This document shows, in pieces, positions 31,427-41,761 of a stretch of 64,000 bases of DNA; within the stretch, counting starts at the first letter, position 1, and every line of letters starts with the position of its first letter. This DNA comes from Dehalococcoidia bacterium (lineage in GTDB: Bacteria; Chloroflexota; Dehalococcoidia; Lucifugimonadales; UBA3495), in assembly GCA_030740155.1 (NCBI GenBank), contig JASLXV010000054.1, positions 1 to 64,000 of the forward strand, read 5' to 3'. The translations under genes and the position numbers were made by a program. The notes beneath the pieces were generated by a model, which saw only the letters and a program-made list of their open reading frames with translations, ran no database searches and had not been told where the DNA came from.

Positions 31427-31591
31427 GCAGCCCTACCCGGTAACGGGGCCACCGGGCAGGACCAACTTCCCGAACCCAAAATCGGGGCCGAACTCTCCAA
31501 CGGCCTTTCACCGGAAGGAATTCCCCTTACCCAGACAAGGCCCGGACATCCGATCCAAGGATGTGATGAAACCCGATGCAGGAGTTGCAGA

Positions 31592-32104
31592 ATGGCTTAC
31601 ACGCTGGCTGACCTGGAGGTCATGAGCATACCCGAGGCCCAGGCCCTGCCCCTGGCGGAGCGGGACCGGCTGCTCGACCTGATCATCGCCGACGGCCGGG
31701 GGCAAAGCACCGGGCAGACCTCCTACCGCACCGGCCTATACAACGACTATTTCGAAGAGGACCTGACGCGGATGCTGAAGGTGAAGGCCGTGAAAGTCCT
31801 GTGCCGCGGCACTACCGCCTCCGGGTTTGACGGAACGATAGTGGGCGGTACCGAGGCCGAGCAGTACCGGGCCGCTTTCCAACACGTGAAGACCACCCTG
31901 GAGGCTGCAGGCACCGGATTCAGCCGGGTGGTCAGCCTGGTAATATACCTGACCAACATGGACAACTGGAAGCAGCTCAACGAAATCTACCGGGAGTTCA
32001 TCACCGACCCGCCTTGCCGGGCGGTCATCGGGACCACCGGCCTGGCCAAGAAACCTTTGGCCATCGAGATCGTCCACTGTACCGCCTACCGGGTGGCCCC
32101 GTGA
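31592..32104 (+). CDS. RidA/YjgF family protein with N-terminal extension
   Basis: LEAAG, IYLTNMDNW..LNEIYREF..PPCRAVIG, IEI. Confidence 0.8.
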   Translation: MAYTLADLEVMSIPEAQALPLAERDRLLDLIIADGRGQSTGQTSYRTGLYNDYFEEDLTRMLKVKAVKVLCRGTTASGFDGTIVGGTEAEQYRAAFQHVKTTLEAAGTGFSRVVSLVIYLTNMDNWKQLNEIYREFITDPPCRAVIGTTGLAKKPLAIEIVHCTAYRVAP

Positions 32105-32225
32105 ACTGACCTGTCCCGGGCTCACATAGCAGGCGCTAGAATCAGGCGGTCACCGCGAGAGAAAAGCCCCGGGCAAGATGCTCTGTCCGGACCCGAGCAA
32201 AAGACGGCTTCGGGGCGCCGCGCCT

Positions 32226-32897
32226 CTAGTTGAGCCGGGGTCCTCGGAATGGGTTGCGCCTGGCCACTTCCTCTTGGAGGGTCCGGTTCCCGTCCTTGAG
32301 TAGTGGCAGCAACCGTCCCAGCCGCTCCCCGGCGGTGGACAGTTCCAGTAGTTCTTGGCGCACTTCGTTGGGAAGCTCCAGGTTGGCGGCGACGGCGTAG
32401 GATAGGCGAACCGGGTCCTGGGGCACCGCAACCCGCTCGGTCCATCCGCCGGTCAAGGCGGTCAGACCGAGCAGCAGCCGGGCGTACTCCCCGCCGATTT
32501 CAGCCGCGACTTCAGGCGAGACATCCCCGAGCTCCTCGTCCAGGTACTGGACCTGGCCCACCAGATAGGGAAGCCGCCGGTCGATCTCCACCGTCGTGAA
32601 CCGCCGTTGGCCCCGGGTGACGATATTCATCCGGCCCTCTTCCAGGTGCTCGACGTGAAGAACCCGGGCCGACGTACCGGCCTGGAACGGCTCCGCCGGG
32701 CCGCCCACCTCCTGGCCTTCTTTGATCAACACGACCCCGAACGGCTCCTGCCGGTCGACGCAGTCACCGACCATGGTCTTGTACCGTTCCTCGAAGATAT
32801 GCAGCGGCAACGCCATACCGGGGAACAAGACCACGTTCAGGGGGAACAGGGGCAGCGTGACCAAATCGCCGCCGTGTATGTCGTTCGGCTCATTCAT
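32226..32897 (-). CDS. LON peptidase substrate-binding domain protein
   Basis: LPLFPLNVVLFPG..LPLHIFEERY, FGVVLI. Confidence 0.9.
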   Translation of the reverse strand: MNEPNDIHGGDLVTLPLFPLNVVLFPGMALPLHIFEERYKTMVGDCVDRQEPFGVVLIKEGQEVGGPAEPFQAGTSARVLHVEHLEEGRMNIVTRGQRRFTTVEIDRRLPYLVGQVQYLDEELGDVSPEVAAEIGGEYARLLLGLTALTGGWTERVAVPQDPVRLSYAVAANLELPNEVRQELLELSTAGERLGRLLPLLKDGNRTLQEEVARRNPFRGPRLN

Positions 32898-33040
32898 GGT
32901 GCAACGGGTGTATTATCTCACCCCCGCGGCACTTGTTGCACGGGAACTGCCTCGAAACTAGTTCCCTCGCCCGGACCTCCCCATAATTAGCGGCTTTGGC
33001 ATTATAATTCCCCGTGGAGTCTTGGATTGGAGGATTTAAC

Positions 33041-33952
33041 ATGCCCGTCGAAAAGGTCTCACCGGAGCTGGATCGCATCGTACCGCCAAACCCGAAAATC
33101 GAAATCCTGGCTGAGGGTTTCGGTGGTGACCAGGGGCCCGCCGAGGGACCCCTGTGGTGGAAGGAGGGAGGCTACCTCCTTTTCAGTGATATCCACAACA
33201 ACCAGCGGATGAAGTGGTCTCCCCAGGATGGGGTGAGTGTATTTCTCGAGCCCACCAACCGGGCCAACGGCCTCACCAGGGACCTGCAGGGCAGGCTCAT
33301 TGCCTGTGAGCACGAGACCAGGCGAGTGACCCGGTTGGAACTCGACGGCAGCCTCACCGTCCTCGCCAATACCTACAAGGGGATCCAGTTGAACCGCCCC
33401 AACGACGTGGTGGTTAAGTCCGACGGCAGCATCTACTTCACCGACCCGTGGACTGCCCGCCGAAACAAGGAGCAGTGGGACCTGGACTTCAACGGGGTGT
33501 ATCGACTCTCGCCGGATCTGGCGACCTATACGCTATTGGTCCAAGATTTCGTCATGCCCAACGGCTTGGCCTTCTCTCCCGATGAGAGTGTGCTTTATGT
33601 AAACGATTCGCGCATGGGGCACATCCGGGCCTTCGACTTGCTGCCGACGGGATCGCTGTCGCTGCCCAGCGACCGGATCTTTTGCGACCTGCGCGGCGAG
33701 CGGCCCGGCGTGCCCGATGGCATGAAGGTGGACGTGGAAGGGAACATGTACTGCGGCGGCTCCGGCGGCATCTGGATCATGGACCCTTCGGGCAAACACC
33801 TGGGGACCATAGTGCACGGCGAGCCGGCAACCACCAACGTTGGCTGGGGCGGCGACGACTGGAAGACGCTGTTCTTCACCACCCGTGGTTCCCTGGGCCG
33901 GGTCCAACTGAATATCCCGGGTATCCCGGTGCCCGTGGCGAAAGCCGGGTGA
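33041..33952 (+). CDS. SMP-30/gluconolactonase family protein
   Basis: EGPLW, LLFSDI, LNRPNDVV, PNGLAFSPDE, PDGMKVD. Confidence 0.9.
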   Translation: MPVEKVSPELDRIVPPNPKIEILAEGFGGDQGPAEGPLWWKEGGYLLFSDIHNNQRMKWSPQDGVSVFLEPTNRANGLTRDLQGRLIACEHETRRVTRLELDGSLTVLANTYKGIQLNRPNDVVVKSDGSIYFTDPWTARRNKEQWDLDFNGVYRLSPDLATYTLLVQDFVMPNGLAFSPDESVLYVNDSRMGHIRAFDLLPTGSLSLPSDRIFCDLRGERPGVPDGMKVDVEGNMYCGGSGGIWIMDPSGKHLGTIVHGEPATTNVGWGGDDWKTLFFTTRGSLGRVQLNIPGIPVPVAKAG

Positions 33953-34018
33953 TCCGGCTCTGAGCCCTCACCGGGACCGTTACCCGGTCAACCACCAACT
34001 TCGCGAGGAGGCAACTAG

Positions 34019-34567
34019 ATGGCACGACTATCCAACATTACCAGGGACGAGCTAAAGCCCGAAGACCAGAGATACTTCGACGAAATCGCCAGCAGCCGGG
34101 GAAGCGTCCGGGGCCCGTTTGGCGTATTGCTGCACAGCCCAAATTTGGCTTCCCGCGTGGCCGCCACCGGCCACTACGTTCGGTTCGACTTTGCCATTCC
34201 CGAGGCGCTGAAAGAGGTGGTGATCATCACCACGGCGCGGGAGATCAAGTCCCCCTACGAGTTCGCTGCCCACGCCCGGCTGGCCCGCGCGGCCGGCGTC
34301 TCCGAGGACACGATCCGCTCCATCGCCGAGGGCAGGGCCCCCCAGGGGCTTTCCAGCGACGAGACGATGCTGGTCAACTACGTGCTGGAACTGCTGCGGC
34401 AGCACAAAGTCAGCGACGCAACCTACGACGCGGTCAAGAACCGCTACGGGGTTCAGTCTACAGTGGACCTGACCGTGCTCATCGGGCACTACCTGCAGGT
34501 GGGTCTGGTTCTGGCCGCCTTCGAGGTGGAGCTGCCTCCGGGAGTGACCTCGGAGCTACCCGCATAG
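34019..34567 (+). CDS. Carboxymuconolactone decarboxylase family protein (paralog 1)
   Basis: RGPFGVLLHSP, EVVIITTARE, YEFAAH. Confidence 0.85.
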   Translation: MARLSNITRDELKPEDQRYFDEIASSRGSVRGPFGVLLHSPNLASRVAATGHYVRFDFAIPEALKEVVIITTAREIKSPYEFAAHARLARAAGVSEDTIRSIAEGRAPQGLSSDETMLVNYVLELLRQHKVSDATYDAVKNRYGVQSTVDLTVLIGHYLQVGLVLAAFEVELPPGVTSELPA

Positions 34568-34622
34568 CCCCTACCGGGACCGTTACCCGGCCGACCGACA
34601 ACTTTTCTGAGGAGGCTGGCAA

Positions 34623-35171
34623 ATGGCACGTGTACCAAACGTCAACAGGGACGAGCTAAAGCCTGACGATCAGAAGTACTTCGACGAAATCGTGGGCACC
34701 AGAGGGAGCATGCGAGGCCCCTATGGCGTAATGCTCCACAGCCCCGACCTCGCCGCCCGCATGGCCGCCACGGGAGCCTACGTCCGGTTCGAGTTCGACC
34801 TACCCAACCCTTTGAAAGAGGTCCTGATCCTGACCGCCTCTCGAGAGTTGGACTCCCAGTACGCGTTCACCGCCCATGCCAAGCTGGCTCGGGAGGCCAA
34901 ACTCTCTGAAGAGACGATCCAGGCCATTGCCAGGCGCACCGCTCCCCAGGGCCTTCCTGCCGACGAAGCGATGCTGGTCAAGTATGCGCTGGAGCTGCTG
35001 CGGGAGCACAAGATCAGCGACGCCACCTACAACGCGGTCCAAGACCGGTTCGGCGTCCGAACGACGGTGGAGATCACCGGGCTCCTCGGCCACTACCTGT
35101 TTGTGGGCCTGATTCTAGCCGCTTTCGAGATCGACCTGCTTCCGGGGATGATCGCCGAGCTACCTGAATAG
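34623..35171 (+). CDS. Carboxymuconolactone decarboxylase family protein (paralog 2)
   Basis: Same length (182 aa) and colinear with paralog 1. Confidence 0.85.
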   Translation: MARVPNVNRDELKPDDQKYFDEIVGTRGSMRGPYGVMLHSPDLAARMAATGAYVRFEFDLPNPLKEVLILTASRELDSQYAFTAHAKLAREAKLSEETIQAIARRTAPQGLPADEAMLVKYALELLREHKISDATYNAVQDRFGVRTTVEITGLLGHYLFVGLILAAFEIDLLPGMIAELPE

Positions 35172-35277
35172 ACCCGCTGGCGTAGTTCCCCGGCACACGG
35201 CATTAGACTGCAACGGGTGCCGCCCGTCGCCGCACCAGGGCGGTGAGAGCAGCCAGAGCTGGTGGTTATCCCAACAT

Positions 35278-35348
35278 GTGGTTCGACAAGCTCACCACGA
35301 GCGGGGCAGTAGCGCCCTATCCGTTCGTCCTGAGCGTGTCGAAGGACC
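35278..35348. repeat. Palindromic element GGTTCGACAAGCTCACCACGAGCGG...CCGTTCGTCCTGAGCGTGTCGAAGG
   Basis: Imperfect inverted arms between convergent genes. Confidence 0.6.
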
Positions 35349-35402
35349 GCCGGCTCCAGGTCCCGAAGTCTTGAGTAGTTGCCCGGCGCAAGCCCGCCAG
35401 TG

Positions 35403-38327
35403 TCACGGCAAGGCGTCCCGCAGCACTTCCACCAGGTGCCGGGCCGCGCGCCCGGTGCCCTGCTCTATCTGCTGGCGGCAGGAGACACCCGACACTGCCA
35501 CCTCCCAGTCGGCGCCCTTGGCGTTGACCGCCGGGAATAGCGCCTGTCCGCCGATCGCCATGGATATCTCGTAATGCTCCCTCTCGTATCCGAAGGACCC
35601 CGCCATCCCGCAGCAGCCCGCGTTCACCGCCTCCACCTGGTACCCGGACGGCAGGCTGAGGGCGCGTATCGAGCAGTCCATACCGGCCAGGGCCTTCTGG
35701 TGGCAATGGCCGTGGAACAGCACCTTCTTGGGCACGTCCCGAAACTCCAGATCCAACTCCCCCCGATCCTGAAGCATCATCAGGAACTCGTCAATCAAAT
35801 ACGAGTGCTCGGCCACCATGCGTGACTTCTCATCTTTCAGGAAGTCCGGGTACTCGTCTCGAAGGGTAAGCAGGCAGCTTGGCTCGCAGCCGACTATTGG
35901 AACACCCTGGCTGGCGTAGCCGACAAGCAGGTCCACGTTGTAGCGGGCCTGGGTGGCCGCCTCACCCAGCAGGCCCTTGGAAATCATGGGCCGGCCGCAG
36001 CACCCGGCGTTGGCCAGCTCCACGCGGAATCCCGCCGCCTCCAGCAGTTCCACGGCGGCCCGGCCAACCTGAGGGTAGTTGTAGTTCATGAAAGTGTCAT
36101 TGAACAACACCACTGTCCGCCCCCCCTCACGAAGGGGGTATACAGGGGGATTGCCCTTCCGTTGCGAGCTGAACCACTTGGGCAACGTCTCCCGGACAAA
36201 GGGCGGGAGCGACCGCTCGGGATGGACCCCCAGAACCCTCCCGGCGAACAGCTTGCCCAGGGGACTCCGGGCTACCCAGTTTGAGATAGGCGCAAACTTG
36301 CTGCCCATCCGGTTAACCCGGTTTATGTGGGCAAACACCTTGTTCCGCAGGGGCCGGCCGTTGGCCGTATAGTACCGGTCCAGAAACTCGTACTTGAGCT
36401 TGGCCATGTCCACCCCGGAGTCGCACTCCGCCTTGCAGGCCTTGCACTCCAGGCACAGGTCCATGGCCTCGAAAAGCCGCTCGCTGGTAATGGTCCCTTC
36501 CGGCAACCGGCCCGACAGCGCCGCCCGCAGCAGGTTGGCCCGGCCCCTGGTTGAATGCTCTTCGTCCCGGGTGGCCATGAACGAGGGGCACATCGAGCCG
36601 TCCAGCTTGCGGCAGGCGCCCATGCCGTTGCACATCTCCACCGCGCCGGCGTAGTTGGTATCCAGGGAAAAGTCCAGTTTGGTGGGAAAGGGCGCAGACC
36701 GGTAATCGGGGCCGAAGCGGAGGTTCTCCGTCATCGGCGGGCAGTCGATGATCTTGCCGGGATTCATGATCCCCTGGGGATCGAAGGTGTTCTTTACTTC
36801 CCGGAACATCTCGTAAATCTCCGGGCCGAACATCTTCTCGGTCCAAACACCGCGAACGATCCCGTCCCCGTGCTCGCCGCTCAGCGAGCCGCCAAACTCC
36901 CGCACCAGGTCACTGATCTCGTCGGCGATGGAAACCATGGTGCCGATGCCCTGGGAGTCTTTGAGGCTGACCAGCGGTCGGACGTGGAGACAGCCGACGC
37001 TGGCATGGCCGTAGTAGGCCGCCTCGGTCCCATGGTTGCGAACAATCTCATCGAACCGGCGCACGAACTCCCCCAGGTTCTCCGGGTCCACCGCCGTGTC
37101 CTCCACAAAGGGAAGCGGTTTCGCGTCTCCATGGATGCTCATCAGCAGGCCCAGCCCGGCCCGGCGCAGATTCCACACATTGGCCTGGGCCGCCTTGTCC
37201 AGCATGTTGACGCACGCGTACCCGAGGCGCCGGTGAGCCATGTCCTCCTTCAGCGCGTTCATCTTCGAGGTTAGCTCAGCCTCGGATTCACCGTAGAACT
37301 CCACCGCCAGCAGGGCGCCCGGGTCCCCTTCAATGAAGGACATCCCCCGGGAGTGGCCCAGCGACTCCCGGGACCGGTCCAGCAGTATTTTGTCCATGAC
37401 TTCCACCGAAGATGGATCGTGCTTCAGAACCTCGCGGGTGGCCTCGCTGGCCTCCACGATGCCGGTGAAGTGCAGCACGGAAAGGGCGGTCATCGCCGGC
37501 CGGGGCACCAGGTTGACCTTCGCTTCGGTCACCACGCAAAGGGTGCCCTCCGAACCGACCACCATCCGGGATAGATTGAACGGGTCTTCGCCCAGAAACT
37601 CGTCCACGTTGTACCCGCTGACCCTCCGCATGATCTTCGGGTACCGGGCCACGATCTCTGCCAGGTTTTCCCGCGCTATCCGGTGCACGCCCCGGTAGAT
37701 GTCCGATTCCAGGCCGGCGGCGCTGAGCTTGGATTCCAACGAGTGGGCTTCCAGGGGGCTGAAGTGACACTGGGTGGCGTCGGCCAGCACCACGTTCAGC
37801 TCTTTGACGTGGTCCAGGGTCTTGCCATAAATGACCGAGTGAGCGCCGCAGGTGTTGTTGCCAATGCCGCCGCCAACGCAGGCCCGGTTGGCGGTGGTAG
37901 GGTCGGGAGCGTAGTGGAGTCCCTGAGCCAGTATCTGTTTATTGAGCTGCTCCAGTACAATACCCGGCTGGACCCGCGCCCAGTGCTCCTCCCGGTTCAC
38001 CTCCAGGAGTTTGTTGAGGTACTTGCTGAAGTCCACCACGATGGCGTGGTTGACCGTCTGCCCGGCCAGCGCGGTTCCTCCGCCACGAGGCAGCACCGGG
38101 ACGCCGTTGGCCCGGGCCAGTTCCACCACTGCTACCACGTCCTCCACGCTGCGGGGAATGACCACCCCCACCGGCTCCATCTGGTAGATACTGGCGTCGG
38201 TGCTGTAGAGGATTCGGGAGAACTTATCGAAGCGTACCTCCCCGGACACCCTTCGCCGCAACTCTTGGGCCAACTCCTCACGCTCTTTGCCCCGTATCCG
38301 GGCCGCCGCCGAGGTTGCCAGTGCCAT
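35403..38327 (-). CDS. FAD-linked oxidase with C-terminal Fe-S/CCG domains (YdiJ/GlcDF-like 2-hydroxyacid dehydrogenase)
   Basis: YSTDAS, RGGGT, GEHGDG, CNGMGAC, CLECKAC, GHCHQK, CCGMAGSFG. Confidence 0.9.
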   Translation of the reverse strand: MALATSAAARIRGKEREELAQELRRRVSGEVRFDKFSRILYSTDASIYQMEPVGVVIPRSVEDVVAVVELARANGVPVLPRGGGTALAGQTVNHAIVVDFSKYLNKLLEVNREEHWARVQPGIVLEQLNKQILAQGLHYAPDPTTANRACVGGGIGNNTCGAHSVIYGKTLDHVKELNVVLADATQCHFSPLEAHSLESKLSAAGLESDIYRGVHRIARENLAEIVARYPKIMRRVSGYNVDEFLGEDPFNLSRMVVGSEGTLCVVTEAKVNLVPRPAMTALSVLHFTGIVEASEATREVLKHDPSSVEVMDKILLDRSRESLGHSRGMSFIEGDPGALLAVEFYGESEAELTSKMNALKEDMAHRRLGYACVNMLDKAAQANVWNLRRAGLGLLMSIHGDAKPLPFVEDTAVDPENLGEFVRRFDEIVRNHGTEAAYYGHASVGCLHVRPLVSLKDSQGIGTMVSIADEISDLVREFGGSLSGEHGDGIVRGVWTEKMFGPEIYEMFREVKNTFDPQGIMNPGKIIDCPPMTENLRFGPDYRSAPFPTKLDFSLDTNYAGAVEMCNGMGACRKLDGSMCPSFMATRDEEHSTRGRANLLRAALSGRLPEGTITSERLFEAMDLCLECKACKAECDSGVDMAKLKYEFLDRYYTANGRPLRNKVFAHINRVNRMGSKFAPISNWVARSPLGKLFAGRVLGVHPERSLPPFVRETLPKWFSSQRKGNPPVYPLREGGRTVVLFNDTFMNYNYPQVGRAAVELLEAAGFRVELANAGCCGRPMISKGLLGEAATQARYNVDLLVGYASQGVPIVGCEPSCLLTLRDEYPDFLKDEKSRMVAEHSYLIDEFLMMLQDRGELDLEFRDVPKKVLFHGHCHQKALAGMDCSIRALSLPSGYQVEAVNAGCCGMAGSFGYEREHYEISMAIGGQALFPAVNAKGADWEVAVSGVSCRQQIEQGTGRAARHLVEVLRDALP

Positions 38328-38502
38328 GTCGTATTCTCCACTAAACCTTAGCGCTCAGCCATTAGCTGGTAGCAGTCAGCTTATCTCAATCGATGGTGCG
38401 GCTTCAACCGAGCCCAATACCCACCTCGCCCAGCCCCGGCGCAGCATTGTGACGGGTCTCACGCCGATGATAGACTGGCGCCACCCACCAAGGAGGTGTC
38501 AA

Positions 38503-39501
38503 ATGGTCAACCAGGCACCCCGCCCGGAAACCATCGATAAGCTCGCGCGCGGCGTCTACCCGGCCTTTGCGATGCTGGCCGGGATGCAGCTTGACCTGTT
38601 TACGCCCCTCAAGGATGGACCGAAGACCGCCGGGGAGATTGCCGAGGCGATCGGCGTCGGTTCGGCGAAACTCCGGCCCTTGCTCTACGCTCTGGTGGTT
38701 GCCGGTTTGCTGACAGTGGAAGAAGGCTTGTTTTCCAATACCCTGGAAACCGCTCATTTCCTGGTCCGGGGCAGATCGGCTTACATGGGCGGCAGGCATG
38801 AATCTATGGTTGAGACGTGGAACGCGGTGCTCAAGACAGCCGAGTCGGTCCGCACCGGCTCGGCTCAGGCTAAGATCGACTTCTCAGCTTTGTCGCCGGA
38901 AGAAGTGAAAACAAACCGGGGACGCAGGCACCTCGATACGATGGCCGCAGGGCGGGACCTGGTAACGAGGTATGATTTCTCGTCCTATCGCACCCTGCTG
39001 GATGTCGGGGGAGGCTCGGGGGGCCTTGCCATCGCGATCACCGAGGCCCATCCCGGTATCCGGGCGACCGTGGCCGATCTGCCCAATGTGGTTCCGGTCA
39101 CTCAATATTTCGTGGAGGAAGCAGGCACCACCGAAAGGGTCCGGGCAGTTGCAGCCGACATCCTCGAAGGCTTGGCCACGGGTCCCTACGACGTTGCGGT
39201 CTTGAGGAACTTCATTCAAGTATTGTCAGTCTGTCAGGCGCGCGTTGCCCTCCGTAACATCAACCAGGCTATCAAAGCCGGTGGCTCTATCTATATATTG
39301 GGGTCGATTATTGCCGATTCGCGGATCTTTCCCCCGGAAACGGTTGCATCCAACCTGTACTTCCTGAATATCTACGACGGAGGCCAGGCTTACACCGAAG
39401 GAGAGTATCGCGGCTGGCTGACCGAAGCGGGATTTGAGGACATCGAGCGCGTCGTTCTACCCGGCGCCACCAGCATTATGAGGGCCCGGAAGCCGGCTTA
39501 G
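38503..39501 (+). CDS. SAM-dependent O-methyltransferase (dimerisation + Methyltransf_2)
   Basis: ATG38503 after AGGAGG; LLDVGGGSG, DLPNV. Confidence 0.85.
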   Translation: MVNQAPRPETIDKLARGVYPAFAMLAGMQLDLFTPLKDGPKTAGEIAEAIGVGSAKLRPLLYALVVAGLLTVEEGLFSNTLETAHFLVRGRSAYMGGRHESMVETWNAVLKTAESVRTGSAQAKIDFSALSPEEVKTNRGRRHLDTMAAGRDLVTRYDFSSYRTLLDVGGGSGGLAIAITEAHPGIRATVADLPNVVPVTQYFVEEAGTTERVRAVAADILEGLATGPYDVAVLRNFIQVLSVCQARVALRNINQAIKAGGSIYILGSIIADSRIFPPETVASNLYFLNIYDGGQAYTEGEYRGWLTEAGFEDIERVVLPGATSIMRARKPA

Positions 39502-39539
39502 CGTGCACAAGTCCTTAGTCTCGACCTAAGTTGTACGGC

Positions 39540-39577
39540 TCCCCTCTCCCGTGGGAGAGGGGTTTGGGGGTGAGGGC
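39540..39577. repeat. CCCTCTCCC-N-GGGAGAGGG...GGGTGAGGG palindromic repeat
   Basis: Same family as 52347-52394. Confidence 0.6.
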
Positions 39578-39987
39578 TGCCCACCATCGCCGCCACGTTG
39601 TCGCAGGCATCGCCCCAATGCTAAACTGGTGACAAGCGCGGTTGCCGGAGACTTCGGCGCGTGCTCGTAGCCCGGTGGGCGCGCTCCAAGGTTGGCGAGA
39701 GGGGGTTTATGCCAGACTGTATGAAACCCCTGCGATAAGAACCGCGCCTCGGCGCAACAGCTCGAAACACCACTAGCTGCGACCGAGACGGCTCTGCTTT
39801 CAAAAGCGTCTTGTATGGTTCGCACAGCAATATTTCGAGTATTATTCGGATCGGCATAAACAATGTTAAGCCGCATACGCCAGCAGAGATGGTGACCCTA
39901 TCGCCAATGGTCAGGACATTCTGCAGCGTATCTATATCGAGCATAAAGATGCGGACGACGTAGGAAGTTTCCCTGAGGAGACAGCCG

Positions 39988-40773
39988 TTGGACATGTCAT
40001 TGCAACGCGAACTCAGCCAGCTACTGGCCACACTGAGGCGCGAGGGGCGGCAGGTAAGTGGTCTTGAACCGCAGCTAGTGCCGCCGGACAAGGCAACTGC
40101 GTATAATGTCGCCCAGATGGTAGCCGAAGAGTTGGGCTGGGCGGTTGCTGGCTGGAAGATCGCCGCGGTGAAGCGAGAAATGCAGGAGGCCCTGCGTACC
40201 GATTCGCCGATCTACGGCCGGGTCTTCGCACCGATGGTCAAAGCCTCCCCGCTCAGGGTGGCACATTCCACGCTTTGCAGCCCGATACCGGAGGTCGAGT
40301 ATCAGGTACGGCTGGGCGTCGACCTCCCACCCCGCGACGAACCTTACACGGAGGCGGAGGTTGGCGATGCGATCGCTTCGTTGCACCCGGGTGTCGAACT
40401 CGCAGAATGCCGGTTCGTCCACGACGCTGCATTTCCGCCCCTCGAAGCCATTCTCGCCGACGGCGCGGGCGCGAGCACGATAGTCTATGGTCCCCCGATC
40501 GAAGATTGGAGGATGCGTGACATTGCGGGTCAAGAAGTAGTATTGCTCTGCAACGGCAAGCCGCGTCGACAGGGCACGGCGGCCGCCGCGCTCGACCACC
40601 CCATACGACCACTTGTCTGGCTCGCGAACGAAATGTCGCGTTCGGGCATTGGACTGAAGGCTGGGCAAATGATTAGTACCGGCACACTCACCGGCATGCT
40701 GGCGCCGAAGCCAAGCGAGACCTACGTCGCCGATTTTGGACCCCTCGGGACCATTTCGGTGACATTTACGTGA
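39988..40773 (+). CDS. 2-keto-4-pentenoate hydratase-like (FAH superfamily)
   Basis: GWKIAA, PIYGR, EVEY, LVWLANE, LKAGQMISTGTLTG. Confidence 0.85.
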   Translation: MDMSLQRELSQLLATLRREGRQVSGLEPQLVPPDKATAYNVAQMVAEELGWAVAGWKIAAVKREMQEALRTDSPIYGRVFAPMVKASPLRVAHSTLCSPIPEVEYQVRLGVDLPPRDEPYTEAEVGDAIASLHPGVELAECRFVHDAAFPPLEAILADGAGASTIVYGPPIEDWRMRDIAGQEVVLLCNGKPRRQGTAAAALDHPIRPLVWLANEMSRSGIGLKAGQMISTGTLTGMLAPKPSETYVADFGPLGTISVTFT

Positions 40774-40878
40774 ACCAACCAATGTTCGGCCTGCTCCGTC
40801 AGCGTTCTGGTTTCGTATCGCTCAGGGATCAAACGGAAGGGATGTGGATCAGGTGCTACGGTCTGATTCAATGCATTG

Positions 40879-40974
40879 GCCTAATAAGCAGGTCAACGCG
40901 CCTGCCAAAAGGCTACGCCTTTCGGTTCCCTCAGCGCCTCGCGCTACGGCGGCGCGTTACCTAAACCGTTAGGC
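40879..40974 (+). other. attC-like integron cassette recombination site
   Basis: GCCTAAT...AGGTCAACGCGCCTGCC / GGCGGCGCGTTACCT...GTTAGGC: R''/R' boxes and L arms with two extrahelical bases. Confidence 0.65.
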
Positions 40975-41017
40975 CGACGTAAGAACAAGAGCGGTCGTAT
41001 CGCAGGACACAAACGTC

Positions 41018-41761
41018 ATGAGCACGAACGTTGCGAAACCCGCTAAGGTGGCGATCATCGGCGCCAGCGGTACCTACGGCAAGGGGATCCTCGCCCGGGC
41101 CGAGGAGATTGGTGTCGAGGCGGTGGTGGTCACGCGGTCGCCGCACAAGTTCAAAGACGTGAAGCCGACGACTACGGTGGTCGAGGCGCAACTAGATGAA
41201 CAAGAGAAGCTGAAGAAGGCGTTTACGGGCTGCGACGGTGTCATCTCGGCGCTCGGCGACGACAGGAAGAAGCGCCCGAAGACGCACAACCTCCCGCACG
41301 TTTGGAACGCCATGAAGGCTGCCAGCGTGACAAAATTCATCGGCATGGGTTCCGGACTGATGATGATGCCGGGAGAGAAGCCTGGGGGTTTTCAGCGCAC
41401 CGTTCGCCCCCTGCTGAGCGTGCTGAAGCGCTTTGGTGTCGACCTGCTGGAACAGAACGAGTGGGAGCGCGACAGTCTGCTCATGGGCAAGAACAGCGCG
41501 GATGGCATCACGTGGGTGCTCACCAGACCGGTGAAGGCGACCAAGACGCCCTTTGTCGGGGCCCGAGTGCATAAGGATAGGCGCGGCCCGTTGAAATGTT
41601 CGATCTACGACCATGGCGACTTTTGCTTGTACTGCGTGGCGTCAAGCGAGTGGCAAGCTTGCACCGCATGTAAGTTCCGGGCCGCAGCCCAAGAAGAAGT
41701 AGGACCCCGCGAATGGTCCATTTTCCTTGTCTTGTCGCCGAGGCCTCGGCATGCCATATAA
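41018..41761 (+). CDS. NAD(P)H-binding (flavin reductase-like) Rossmann protein; probable frameshift near 41658
   Basis: VAIIGASGTYG, GCDGVISALG, WVLTRP; natural-looking end APHVSSGPQPKKK* lies in another frame. Confidence 0.75.
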   Translation: MSTNVAKPAKVAIIGASGTYGKGILARAEEIGVEAVVVTRSPHKFKDVKPTTTVVEAQLDEQEKLKKAFTGCDGVISALGDDRKKRPKTHNLPHVWNAMKAASVTKFIGMGSGLMMMPGEKPGGFQRTVRPLLSVLKRFGVDLLEQNEWERDSLLMGKNSADGITWVLTRPVKATKTPFVGARVHKDRRGPLKCSIYDHGDFCLYCVASSEWQACTACKFRAAAQEEVGPREWSIFLVLSPRPRHAI

